From Angustibacter luteus (GTDB lineage: Bacteria; Actinomycetota; Actinomycetes; Actinomycetales; Angustibacteraceae): a stretch of DNA of 64,000 bases. The position numbers were made by a program, and so were the translations under genes. The stretch covers positions 434,001-498,000 of the forward strand of contig NZ_BAABFP010000005.1 in assembly GCF_039541115.1 (NCBI RefSeq), in the 5' to 3' direction. Below the pieces are notes generated by a model. That model was not told where the DNA came from. It did not search any database and saw nothing but the letters and a program-made list of their open reading frames with translations. Below, piece after piece: positions 42,954-54,162 of this stretch; the stretch's first letter is position 1; each line of letters opens with the position of its first letter.

Positions 42954-43573
42954 TGACGGGGGAGCGGCAGCCGGCTCGGCTGCGCGAGCACTTCCCGGTC
43001 ACGACACCGCGCCTGCGCCTGCGGTTGTTCGAGGAGCGCGACCTGGACCCGCTCCTCGAGATGCAGTCCGATCCGGACCTGGTGCGCTACGTGCCGTTCG
43101 GGGTGCGCTCGCGCGCGGAGGTGCGCGAGGCGCTCGACCAGCGGCTGGCCTCGCCGCCGATGGACGGCGACGACCAGGTGATGCGGCTCGTCGCCGAACG
43201 GCTGGACGACGGCGAGTTCGTGGGCGAGCTCACGCTCTTCCTGCGCAGCGTCGCCGACCGGCAGGGCGAGCTCGGCTTCATGATGCGGCGCAGCCAGCAG
43301 CGGCAGGGCTTCGGCTCCGAAGCCGCCCGGGCGGTGCTCGGGCTGGGCTTCGACTGGCTGGGCCTGCACCGGATGATCGGCCAGTGCGACCCGGCCAACG
43401 ACGCGTCGTCCGCCCTCATGCGCGGCCTCGGTATGCGGCAGGAGGCGCACCTGCGCGAGTTCGAGATCTTCAAGGGGGAGTGGGGCGACCTGCTGGTGTT
43501 CGCGATGCTCGAGGACGAGTGGCGGGCCGCTGTCACAGGTGCTTCAGGGCCTCCCGCCGCGACAGCGGACTGA
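42953..43573 (+). CDS. RimJ/RimL-type GNAT acetyltransferase
   Basis: TPRLRLR, ELGF, N.AS..L...LGMRQEAHLRE. Confidence 0.88.
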   Translation: MTGERQPARLREHFPVTTPRLRLRLFEERDLDPLLEMQSDPDLVRYVPFGVRSRAEVREALDQRLASPPMDGDDQVMRLVAERLDDGEFVGELTLFLRSVADRQGELGFMMRRSQQRQGFGSEAARAVLGLGFDWLGLHRMIGQCDPANDASSALMRGLGMRQEAHLREFEIFKGEWGDLLVFAMLEDEWRAAVTGASGPPAATAD

Positions 43574-44207
43574 GCTGCTCGTCCCGTTCGACCACGAACC
43601 GGCGCACCCAGTCGGGGTCCGTGCGGGCGTACTGCCGCAGCGCCCAGCCGATCGCCTTGCGGATGAAGAACTCGCGGTCGTCGAGGTTCGCGTCGATGGC
43701 CACGGTGAGCAGTGCCAGGTCCGTCGACCCCTTGCGCCCCAGCTGGCAGATGATGCTGGCGCGCCGCAGCCACCGGTCGTCGTCCGTCGTCCACGACACG
43801 ACCAGAGGGCGGACGACGTCGGGGTGGGCGGCCAGGGTCGCGCCCACCCGCTGGGACACCTCGTCGACGTGGTCCCACCACGCGCCGGTGGTGATCATCT
43901 CCGTGTGCAGGGGGAGCAGTTCCAGCTGCCCCACCGCCGGTCCCAGGCCGGTCAGCGCGGTCGCGGCGTAGCGCTCCTCGCGGTAGTCCGCCTCCCGCCA
44001 CAAGGTGCTTGCTGCCGCCTGGATCTCTTGCAGCACAGGCGGTGCCGCCCGGGTCGTCTCGCGAACCACGCCACGCAGCACGGGCATCCGGACACCGAGG
44101 TAGGGCATCTCCGACTTCATGTACCGCTGCATCCCGGCGGCGCGCTCCGGTTCGGCGACCGCGCGCAGCCGACGTCGGATCTGGTCCACCAGCTGCTTCG
44201 AGCCCAC
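43533..44207 (-). CDS. DNA alkylation repair protein (AlkD-like)
   Basis: MQRYMKS, REERY, WWDHVD, EFFIRKAIGWALRQY, LSPLSRREALK. Confidence 0.88.
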   Translation of the reverse strand: MGSKQLVDQIRRRLRAVAEPERAAGMQRYMKSEMPYLGVRMPVLRGVVRETTRAAPPVLQEIQAAASTLWREADYREERYAATALTGLGPAVGQLELLPLHTEMITTGAWWDHVDEVSQRVGATLAAHPDVVRPLVVSWTTDDDRWLRRASIICQLGRKGSTDLALLTVAIDANLDDREFFIRKAIGWALRQYARTDPDWVRRFVVERDEQLSPLSRREALKHL

Positions 44208-44271
44208 GGCTCCAGCCTGGCACGGTGGGTCGAGATCCGGTGGCGTGGCCACTTTGGGTAGCGTTTGCGGC

Positions 44272-46449
44272 ATGTTTGCAGCCCTGGGTCGCCTGGTCTC
44301 TCGTCGTCCGTGGTTCGTGGTGCTGGCTTGGGTGATCGCGGCCGTCGCGATCATCGCCACCGCGCCGAAGCTCTCGTCGACCACCGACGAGTCGGAGTTC
44401 CTGCCGAGCCACTACGAGTCGATCCAGGCCATCAACCTGCAGGCCAAGGCCTTCCCCAGCCAGAACCAGACCGGCGCGATCCTCGTGTTCGACCGCAAGG
44501 ACGGCCAGCCGCTCACGGACGCCGACTCCGCCACGGTCGCGGACGTCAGCAAGCAGCTCGACGCCAAGCTGGACCCGCCGTTCGAGGGCGTCGTCGTGCA
44601 GCCGCCCTCACAGAACAAGGAGGTCCAGCTCGCCGTCGTCGGGCTCGAGAAGGGGGCGAACGGCTACGACCAGCAGGCGATGGACGCCGTGAAGTCGCTG
44701 CGCTCGGACCTCAAGGAGCTCACCGCGGACACGGACCTGCGGGCCGGCGTGACCGGGCCGGCGGCGCAGAGCCTGGACTCCCAGGAGGCCTCCAGCAATG
44801 CGGAGGCGATCGTGGGCATCGCCACGATCCTGCTGATCCTGATCCTGCTGCTGATCATCTTCCGCAGCCCGATCATCGCGCTCATGCCGATCATCGTGAT
44901 CGGCATCGTGTCGCAGGTCGCCACGGGGTTGATCGCGTTCGCCAACAACGCGTTCGACCTGAAGGCGGACTCGTCGATCCAGGTCATCCTCATCGTGGTC
45001 CTCTACGGCATCGGCACCGACTACATCCTGTTCTTCCTGTTCCGGTACCGGGAACGGCTCCGCGAGGGGGAGGAGAGCAAGAGCGCCGTGGCGCACGCGG
45101 TGGAGCGAGCCGGCGAGGCGATCGCCTCGGCCGGTGGCGCCGTCATCGTCGCGTTCATGGCGCTGGTGCTGTCGTCCCTGAGCATCTTCCGATCGATCGG
45201 CCCGGCGCTGGCGATCGCCGTCGCGGTGGCCGTGCTAGCGTCGCTCACGCTCGTCCCGGCGCTGGTGTCGCTGATGGGCACCAAGGTGTTCTGGCCGTCC
45301 AAGGCCTGGCAGAAACCGCCGAAGTCGGCCCGCTTCGGCGCGATCGGCCGGTCGCTGGGGGCGCACCCGGCGCGCTACGCGATCCTGTCCGGCGGTCTGC
45401 TGGCGGCGCTGGCCGCGTTCGCGCTGGGCTTCTCGCCGACCTTCGACCTGTCCGACACCGGTGTGCCGAAGACCGCCGAGTCGTCGGTGGCGACCCAGAC
45501 CCTGCAGAAGGGCCTGCCGTCGGGTGCCACGGACCCGACGGTCGTCATGCTGCGCTCGACCGACGGTTCGCAGCTGACCCCCGACGAGCTGAGCGCCTTC
45601 TCGGCGGACCTGTCCGGGGCGGAGGGGGTCGCCTCAGTCGGTCCTGTCCCGTCGGCCCAGACCGGAACGCTGTCGCCGGACGGGACGACGGCGATGTTCA
45701 CCGCTGTGCTCGACCACGACCCGTCGTCCGACGAGGCGCTGGCCGACCTGCGCGGACCCATCCGGACCACCGCCCACCAGGCTGCACCGGACGGCACGCA
45801 GGCGCTGGTCGGCGGGACGACGTCCGTGTACGTGGACCTGAAGGCCGCGATGAACCGGGACTACTCGATCGTCTTCCCGGTCGCGGCTCTCGTGATCATG
45901 CTGATCCTGGCACTGCTGCTGCGCAGCCTGGTCGCGCCGGTGTACCTGATGCTCTCGGTCGGTCTCGGCTTCGGGGCCACGCTGGGAGCGGCGGTGATCG
46001 TGTTCCAGCACCTCGGCGGACGCACGGGCCTGATCTTCCTGCTGCCCATCTACATCTACCTGTTCGTCGTCGCCCTGGGCACCGACTACAACATCCTGAT
46101 GATCGCCCGGCTTCGCGAGGAGGCCCGGGCAGGCCGCGACCCGAGGGCGGCCGCGGCGGCAGCCGTCCAGTACGCGGGGCCGACCGTGGCCGCCGCCGGG
46201 CTGATCCTGGGCGGCACGTTCGCCTCGCTGATGCTGGGCGGCAACGCGCTGCTGACGTCCATGGGCTTCGCGATCTCCTTCGGCATCCTCGTGTCGGCGT
46301 TCGTCATGGCCATGTTCTTCACGCCGTCCCTGACCGCCCTCATCGGGCACGCCGCCTGGTGGCCCGGCCACGGCGACGAGACGGCGGCGCAGCACGACGC
46401 CCGCGTCGCGGGGGACCAGCAGGCCCTCTCCGGCGCCGAGCAGAGCTGA
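44272..46449 (+). CDS. MMPL family (RND) transporter
   Basis: two halves with GIGTDY and ALGTDY motifs; TAGCGT -10 seven nt before ATG. Confidence 0.93.
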   Translation: MFAALGRLVSRRPWFVVLAWVIAAVAIIATAPKLSSTTDESEFLPSHYESIQAINLQAKAFPSQNQTGAILVFDRKDGQPLTDADSATVADVSKQLDAKLDPPFEGVVVQPPSQNKEVQLAVVGLEKGANGYDQQAMDAVKSLRSDLKELTADTDLRAGVTGPAAQSLDSQEASSNAEAIVGIATILLILILLLIIFRSPIIALMPIIVIGIVSQVATGLIAFANNAFDLKADSSIQVILIVVLYGIGTDYILFFLFRYRERLREGEESKSAVAHAVERAGEAIASAGGAVIVAFMALVLSSLSIFRSIGPALAIAVAVAVLASLTLVPALVSLMGTKVFWPSKAWQKPPKSARFGAIGRSLGAHPARYAILSGGLLAALAAFALGFSPTFDLSDTGVPKTAESSVATQTLQKGLPSGATDPTVVMLRSTDGSQLTPDELSAFSADLSGAEGVASVGPVPSAQTGTLSPDGTTAMFTAVLDHDPSSDEALADLRGPIRTTAHQAAPDGTQALVGGTTSVYVDLKAAMNRDYSIVFPVAALVIMLILALLLRSLVAPVYLMLSVGLGFGATLGAAVIVFQHLGGRTGLIFLLPIYIYLFVVALGTDYNILMIARLREEARAGRDPRAAAAAAVQYAGPTVAAAGLILGGTFASLMLGGNALLTSMGFAISFGILVSAFVMAMFFTPSLTALIGHAAWWPGHGDETAAQHDARVAGDQQALSGAEQS

Positions 46450-46464
46450 TCGGGGACCGGCACC

Positions 46465-46944
46465 GTGGAGGCGTTCGTCGCGTGGTGCGGGTTCTTCGGC
46501 GCCTGGTTGCTGGTGGCCGGCCCGATCTACCAGGCGGCCCTAGAGCTCCAGGAGCAGGACCTCGAACGGGACCGGATCCACGACGTCAGCCAGGCCGTGC
46601 CCAAGCCGCCGCAGGTGTCGGTCTGGTGGTGGCTGGTGCCACCGGTCCGGTACGTGCTGCACCACAAGCAGGAAGAGCGCTACCGGCAGGCGGTACTGCG
46701 GGCGCTGAGCGCAGAGGACCGCGAGGCGTTCGTGCAGTTCGTGAACAAGGCCACGGGCTGGTTCCTGGTCGCCGGCGGCGCGTCGCTGCTGGCGCTGAAG
46801 GAGACGTGGGAGCTGCGCGAGCACTACGAGTGGCCGGTCGCCGCCTTCTGGGTGCTCGCCGCGGTCATGGCGGTGCTGGCCGCCAGCTACACGGTCGGGC
46901 GGATCCAGCGCACCGAGCGGATGCTGGCTCGCTCCACGGGCTGA
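46465..46944 (+). CDS. hypothetical membrane protein
   Basis: GAWLLVAGPIYQAALEL, several hydrophobic segments. Confidence 0.7.
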   Translation: MEAFVAWCGFFGAWLLVAGPIYQAALELQEQDLERDRIHDVSQAVPKPPQVSVWWWLVPPVRYVLHHKQEERYRQAVLRALSAEDREAFVQFVNKATGWFLVAGGASLLALKETWELREHYEWPVAAFWVLAAVMAVLAASYTVGRIQRTERMLARSTG

Positions 46945-46952
46945 TCCCTTTC

Positions 46953-47014
46953 TGCAACTGATGGTTGCGCGTCCGTCGAGGATCGGCTAACGTCACCTGC
47001 AACCAAACGTTGCA
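46953..47014 (+). promoter_or_regulatory. promoter flanked by two TGCAAC-N5-GTTGC operators
   Basis: operators 46953-46969 and 46998-47014; TTGCGC-17-TAACGT. Confidence 0.75.
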
Positions 47015-47027
47015 GAAGGTGGCGAGC

Positions 47028-47495
47028 ATGGAACACGGAACGATCGAGCGAGAGATCCACATCGACGCCTCACCGGAGGTCGTCTTCGACGTGGTGAGCA
47101 GCCCAGAGCACCTGCGCGAGTGGTGGCCGGACGAGGCGGAGTACCCGGCGGTGCCCGGGGGAGCAGGGCGCATCGGCTTCGGGGACTTCTCGCAGGGCGA
47201 GGGCACCTGGGTGCAGTTCGTCGTCGTCGACGCCGAGCCGCCCCGGCTGTTCTCGTTCCGGTGGACCCATGACGAGGGGGAGTCGGCCACGCCGAGCAAC
47301 TCGCTCCTCGTCGTCTTCACGCTCGAGCCCGTCGCCGGCGGCGGGACGCTGCTGCGGATGACCGAGAGCGGCTTCCGTCAGCGGGGCTGGGACGAGGCGA
47401 AGGTCATCGCCCAGCACGCCGACCACGTCAGCGGCTGGGACCACTTCCTGTCCCGCCTGCCGGCGTACGCCGCACAGGTCGGCGCGCGCACGTGA
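47028..47495 (+). CDS. SRPBCC/AHSA1-like protein
   Basis: IEREIHIDASPEVVF, PPRLFSFRW, TLLRMTESGF. Confidence 0.88.
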   Translation: MEHGTIEREIHIDASPEVVFDVVSSPEHLREWWPDEAEYPAVPGGAGRIGFGDFSQGEGTWVQFVVVDAEPPRLFSFRWTHDEGESATPSNSLLVVFTLEPVAGGGTLLRMTESGFRQRGWDEAKVIAQHADHVSGWDHFLSRLPAYAAQVGART

Positions 47496-47839
47496 GCGTG
47501 CTCGTCGACGACGACCTCTGGTCCGCGGTGGGGGACCCGACGCGTCGCCGGATGCTCGACCAGCTGCTGAGCGACGGCAGCGGGACGGCGACCAGCCTGA
47601 GCGAGCACCTGCCGGTGACCCGTCAGGCGGTGTCCAAGCACCTCGTCGTCCTGGACCGGGTCGGCCTGGTGCACGCCACCACCGCCGGTCGCGAGCGGCA
47701 GTACCGCGTCGACCCGGCGCAGCTGGCCCGGGCCGTCGCGCAGCTCGCCGACGTCGGGGCCACCTGGGACACCCGCCTGCAGCGCATCAAGCGGATCGCG
47801 GAGACGATCCAGCGCGGCAACACCGAGACCGACAAGTAG
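47492..47839 (+). CDS. ArsR family regulator
   Basis: GDPTRRRML, VTRQAVSKHL.VL...GLV, GRER.Y. Confidence 0.92.
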   Translation: MSVLVDDDLWSAVGDPTRRRMLDQLLSDGSGTATSLSEHLPVTRQAVSKHLVVLDRVGLVHATTAGRERQYRVDPAQLARAVAQLADVGATWDTRLQRIKRIAETIQRGNTETDK

Positions 47840-47854
47840 AGAAGGGAGACGGCT

Positions 47855-48298
47855 ATGGCAGACATCCTGCACCGCATCGGCGTCGAGCAGTCCTCGCCGA
47901 AGGAGGTGTACGACGCGCTCACCACCCTGGAGGGACTGTCCGGTTGGTGGACGGAGAAGACGACGGGAGAGACCGCCGTCGGCGGCGTGATCGAGTTCCG
48001 GTTCACCCCGGGCGACATCTCCATGAAGGTCGTGGACCTCGACCCCGGCCGGCTCGTCCGGTGGGAGGTCGTAGACGGGGCGCCGGAGTGGATCGGCACC
48101 ACGGTCGAGTTCGACCTGCGCCAGGAGGGCGACTACACGATCGTGATGTTCAAGCACGAGGGCTGGCGCGAGCCGGTCGAGTTCATGCACCACTGCAGCA
48201 CCAAGTGGGCCACGTACCTGATGAGCCTCAAGCAGCTGGTCGAGAGCGGGGACGGTGCTCCGGATCCGCGCGACCAGTGGATCAGCGACTGGCACTGA
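47855..48298 (+). CDS. SRPBCC domain protein
   Basis: VYDALTT.EGL.GWW, EWIGT, F.HEGW, KWATYL.SLK. Confidence 0.88.
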   Translation: MADILHRIGVEQSSPKEVYDALTTLEGLSGWWTEKTTGETAVGGVIEFRFTPGDISMKVVDLDPGRLVRWEVVDGAPEWIGTTVEFDLRQEGDYTIVMFKHEGWREPVEFMHHCSTKWATYLMSLKQLVESGDGAPDPRDQWISDWH

Positions 48299-48331
48299 GC
48301 GGGGAGGGCTGGTCGGTGCTCACCTTCGCCG

Positions 48332-48359
48332 GAATGACATAATGTTCATTATCGGCGTT
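48332..48359 (-). other. dif: XerCD dif-like recombination site
   Basis: AACGCCGATAA-TGAACA-TTATGTCATTC, 11-6-11 layout; AT-rich island between convergent genes. Confidence 0.75.
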
Positions 48360-48398
48360 ACGCCAGGCGCACCACGGCTCACTTCCGGCCCCGTTCCC

Positions 48399-48444
48399 GA
48401 TCGTGGCAACCTCGCACCGTCCGTGATGCGAGGTTGCCACGATC
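48399..48444. terminator. perfect 18-bp inverted repeat (bidirectional terminator or REP-like)
   Basis: gatcgtggcaacctcgca-N10-tgcgaggttgccacgatc. Confidence 0.75.
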
Positions 48445-48447
48445 TGC

Positions 48448-48477
48448 TGCGTGCGGTGCGTGCGGTGCGTGCGGTGC
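48448..48477. repeat. 9-bp tandem repeat (tgcgtgcgg)x3
   Basis: read directly from the sequence. Confidence 0.85.
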
Positions 48478-48481
48478 CGGA

Positions 48482-50842
<2,361 letters not shown>

Positions 50843-50898
50843 GTCTGCTCCATCGTGTCGATGTCCGGCTGCTCAGCGCAGACAGCCTGCCACGAAGA

Positions 50899-51309
50899 TC
50901 AGGGCAGTTCCTGGATGCGCACCAGGTTGCCTGCGGGGTCCCGCACGGCGCAGTCGCGGACGCCGTAGGGCTGCTCGGTCGGCTCCTGGACGATGTCGGC
51001 GTCACTCGCCTGCAGCCGCTCAAAGGCACCGTCGAGGTCCCTGGTGGCCAGCAGGAGCGAGGCGTAGGTGCCCTTGGCCATCATCTCGACGATCGTCTGG
51101 CGCTCGTCGTCGGTGATGCCGGGGTCCACGGCCGGCGGGTGCAGCACGATCGACGTGCCGGGCTGGTCGGGCGGCCCGACCGTCAACCAGCGCATCGTGC
51201 CGCTGCCGACGTCGCCCCGGACCTCGAAGCCGAGGGTGTCGCGGAAGAAGGCCAACGAGGCCTCCGGGTCGTCGTGCGGCAGGAAGCTCGCGTGAATGGT
51301 GATGTCCAT
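50899..51309 (-). CDS. VOC/glyoxalase-bleomycin resistance family
   Basis: FFRDTLGFEV, QEPTEQPYGVRDCAVRDPAGNLVRI. Confidence 0.9.
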   Translation of the reverse strand: MDITIHASFLPHDDPEASLAFFRDTLGFEVRGDVGSGTMRWLTVGPPDQPGTSIVLHPPAVDPGITDDERQTIVEMMAKGTYASLLLATRDLDGAFERLQASDADIVQEPTEQPYGVRDCAVRDPAGNLVRIQELP

Positions 51310-51314
51310 GGTCG

Positions 51315-51764
51315 TCAGGCTAGATGCGGTGCGGCGACCGGCGCTTCTCGATTCCTGACCGGTCTCGTCACCTGCTTCACCACGCAGTGCGGCATCCCGG
51401 CGGTGGCGTTGCCCACCTCGCGCCGGTAGGTGCTGGGCGGCATGCCGACGAGCTCGGTGAAGCGGGTGCTGAAGGTGCCCAGGGACGAGCAGCCGACGGC
51501 GAAGCACACCTCCGTCACGCTCAGGTCGCCGCGCCGCAGCAGGGCCATCGCCCGCTCGATGCGTCGCGTCATGAGGTAGGAGTACGGCGACTCCCCGTAC
51601 GCCAGGCGGAACTGGCGGCTGAGGTGACCGGCGGACATGTTGACCCCGCGGGCCAGCGCCTCGACGTCCAGCGGCTGGGTGTACTCGCGGTCCATCCGGT
51701 CGCGGACCCGGCGCAGCAGCGCGAGGTCGCGCAGGCGCTGGGCGGCGACGGGGCTGATGCTCAC
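51315..51764 (-). CDS. AraC family HTH regulator (short)
   Basis: LRRVRDRMDREY, SAGHLSRQF, VTEVCFAVGCSSLGTFSTRF. Confidence 0.9.
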   Translation of the reverse strand: MSISPVAAQRLRDLALLRRVRDRMDREYTQPLDVEALARGVNMSAGHLSRQFRLAYGESPYSYLMTRRIERAMALLRRGDLSVTEVCFAVGCSSLGTFSTRFTELVGMPPSTYRREVGNATAGMPHCVVKQVTRPVRNREAPVAAPHLA

Positions 51765-51798
51765 CGGCAAAGCGTGCCACGACTGCTCGCCTCGCGAC

Positions 51799-51820
51799 TG
51801 TCGGTGGCTGTCCCTAGGTT
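51799..51820 (+). promoter_or_regulatory. PafBC/RecA-NDp-type promoter
   Basis: exact TGTCGG-N10-TAGGTT, 7 nt before ATG. Confidence 0.75.
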
Positions 51821-51827
51821 GGCGGCC

Positions 51828-52547
51828 ATGAACTCGACCCCCATCATCCTGGTTCCTGGTTACTGGCTCGGCGCGTGGGCGTGGGACGAGGTGGTCGCCG
51901 CGTTGAGCGCGGACGGTCACGCCGTCACCGCGCTGACGCTGCCCGGGCTCGAGTCGCCGGACGCGGACCGGTCGTCCGTGACGCTGGCCGACCACGTGGA
52001 CGCGATCTGCGCGGCGGTGTCCGACGCCGGCCGGCCGGTCGTCCTCGCCGTGCACAGTGGTGCCGGCACCCCCGGTTACGCCGTCACCGATCGGATCCCC
52101 GAGCAGATCGCGGCGATGGTGTACGTCGACACCGGCCCGGGGGTGGCCGAGCCCGATCCCGAGGCCGCGCAGCACGATCTCCCCATGCCGGCGCCGGCCG
52201 AGCTGGCCGAGAACGAGAACCTGGACGGGCTGTCCGCGGAGCAGCTCGCGACCTTCCAGGAACGGTCGGTGCCCGAGCCCGGCGGGGTGGTGCACGGGGC
52301 GTTCGAGCTGACGAACGACGCGCGCCTCGACGTGCCGAGCACCCTGGTCTGCACCGGGTTCAGCTCCCAGGAGTACAAGGAGGCGGCGGAGGCCGGCTAC
52401 GCGTTCCTGGCCGGGCTCAAGGACCTGCGGAAGGTCACCTACATGGACCTGCCGACGAGCCACTGGCCGATGTGGTCGAAGCCGGCCGAGCTCGCCGCCA
52501 TCATCGGGGAGGTTGCCCGGGGCGCCGCTGCGGGTACGCAAGACTGA
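51828..52547 (+). CDS. alpha/beta hydrolase
   Basis: ILVPGYWLGAWAW, VHSGAG nucleophile elbow, SHWPMWS. Confidence 0.88.
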   Translation: MNSTPIILVPGYWLGAWAWDEVVAALSADGHAVTALTLPGLESPDADRSSVTLADHVDAICAAVSDAGRPVVLAVHSGAGTPGYAVTDRIPEQIAAMVYVDTGPGVAEPDPEAAQHDLPMPAPAELAENENLDGLSAEQLATFQERSVPEPGGVVHGAFELTNDARLDVPSTLVCTGFSSQEYKEAAEAGYAFLAGLKDLRKVTYMDLPTSHWPMWSKPAELAAIIGEVARGAAAGTQD

Positions 52548-52552
52548 GCCCC

Positions 52553-53587
52553 GTGGATCCACTGGGAGCTCTGCGCGAGATCGCGTTCCGCCTCGAGCGG
52601 GCGCTGGAGTCGACGTACCGCGTGCAGGCGTTCCGCACCGCGGCCGCCGTCGTAGCCCGGACGGAGCCGGCCGAGCTCGCCGAACGTCACCGGCAGAAGA
52701 CGCTGACCGAGCTGAGCGGGATCGGCGACCGGACGGCGACGGTGATCGGCCAGGCGCTGGACGGTCGCACGCCCGCGTACCTGGAGGACCTGCGCGGCAA
52801 GGCCAGCCCGCTGCCGGAGCTGGACGACGACGGCGCGCAGCTGCTCGCCCGCCTGCGCGGTGACCTGCACAGCCACTCGGACTGGAGCGACGGTGGTAGC
52901 CCGATCGACGAGATGGCCCGGACGGCGGCCGAGATGGGCCACGAGTACCTGGCCCTGACGGACCACTCCCCCCGCCTGACCGTGGCCAACGGGTTGTCCC
53001 CCAGCCGGCTGCGCAGGCAGTTCGAGGTGGTCGACGAGGTGGGCGCCCAGCTCGCGCCGTTCCGGCTGCTCAAGGGCATCGAGGTCGACATCCTGGACTC
53101 CGGCGCGCTCGACCAGGAGCCTGAGCTGCTGGAGGCGCTGGACGTCGTGGTGGCCTCCGTGCACTCCAAGCTCCGGATGGAGAGCGCAGCGATGACGCGA
53201 CGGATGGTGGCGGCGATCGCGAACCCGCACACGGACGTGCTTGGCCACTGCACGGGCCGGTACGTCACCAAGAACACCCGCACGGGCAAGCCACGACCGC
53301 CGTCCGACTTCGACGCGGAGATCGTGTTCGCCGCGTGCCAGCAGTTCGACGTCGCGGTCGAGATCAACTCCCGACCCGAGCGCCTGGACCCGCCCCGCGA
53401 GCTGCTGCGGCTGGCGGTCGAGGCCGGCTGCCTGTTCAGCATCGACACGGACGCGCACGCGCCGGGTCAGCTGGACTGGCGGGCCTACGGCGTGGAACGC
53501 GCCGTCGCGTGCGGCGTCCCGGCGGACCGGATCGTGACGACCTGGCCGCTCGACCGGCTGCTGGAGTGGACTCGTCGTGCCCGCTGA
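52553..53587 (+). CDS. PHP domain protein with PolX-like N-terminal HhH
   Basis: YRVQAFR.AA, GIG..TA, DLHSHSDWSDG, TDHS, EINSRPERLD, DTDAH. Confidence 0.88.
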   Translation: MDPLGALREIAFRLERALESTYRVQAFRTAAAVVARTEPAELAERHRQKTLTELSGIGDRTATVIGQALDGRTPAYLEDLRGKASPLPELDDDGAQLLARLRGDLHSHSDWSDGGSPIDEMARTAAEMGHEYLALTDHSPRLTVANGLSPSRLRRQFEVVDEVGAQLAPFRLLKGIEVDILDSGALDQEPELLEALDVVVASVHSKLRMESAAMTRRMVAAIANPHTDVLGHCTGRYVTKNTRTGKPRPPSDFDAEIVFAACQQFDVAVEINSRPERLDPPRELLRLAVEAGCLFSIDTDAHAPGQLDWRAYGVERAVACGVPADRIVTTWPLDRLLEWTRRAR

Positions 53588-54065
53588 CCCGGCTGCGCAG
53601 GCGGCCGGGCTCCTGTTCCGGGCCGCGACGGCGGACGACGTCGCCGACGTGGTGGCTCTCATCTACGACGACGAGATCGCGGCCTCCCGGGAGGCTGCAC
53701 CCGGTGCTGGCCTCGAGGAGTCCTACCGGACCGCCTTCGCGCTGATCGAGGCGAACCCTGACGACCTGCTCGTGGTCGGCGTGCTGGACGGCCGGGTCGT
53801 GGCGTGCGCGCAGGTCACCCTGCTGCACCACCTGTCCCGGCGGGGTGGCACCCGTGCCCAGGTCGAGTCCGTCCGGGTGGCCACGCACCTGCGCGGCCGC
53901 GGTGCCGGCGGTCAGCTCATGGGATGGATCGAGACGTACGCTCGAGAGCACGGCGCCGCCCTGATCCAGCTCACCACGGACAAGCGTCGCTCCGCCGCCC
54001 GGCACTTCTACGAGGGGCTCGGGTACACCGCGTCGCACGAGGGCATGAAGCGGGCGCTGACCTGA
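53577..54065 (+). CDS. GNAT acetyltransferase
   Basis: VESVRV...RGRGAG, QLTTDK.R..A..FYE.LGY. Confidence 0.88.
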   Translation: MPADPAAQAAGLLFRAATADDVADVVALIYDDEIAASREAAPGAGLEESYRTAFALIEANPDDLLVVGVLDGRVVACAQVTLLHHLSRRGGTRAQVESVRVATHLRGRGAGGQLMGWIETYAREHGAALIQLTTDKRRSAARHFYEGLGYTASHEGMKRALT

Positions 54066-54090
54066 CCCGCTCCCCCGGGACGACGTCCCG

Positions 54091-54145
54091 GGAATTCCGG
54101 GGTGGCGATGCAGGTTGTGGCATGCGATAGTTGAAGACGCAACTA
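54091..54145 (+). promoter_or_regulatory. SigR/SigH-type promoter plus palindromic operator for pirin
   Basis: GGAAT-N18-GTTG; TAGTTG-N6-CAACTA at 54128-54145. Confidence 0.7.
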
Positions 54146-54162
54146 ACTAGCAGGAGGCCACC

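Noticed and set aside
43533..43573. 41-bp 3' overlap of convergent GNAT and AlkD-like genes as a frameshift
   Set aside because: Both proteins look complete; short convergent overlaps are common in high-GC genomes.
48301..48308. GGGGAGGG (E. coli KOPS) pointing at dif
   Set aside because: An 8-mer is easily found by chance in G-rich DNA, and this motif is not established for actinobacteria.
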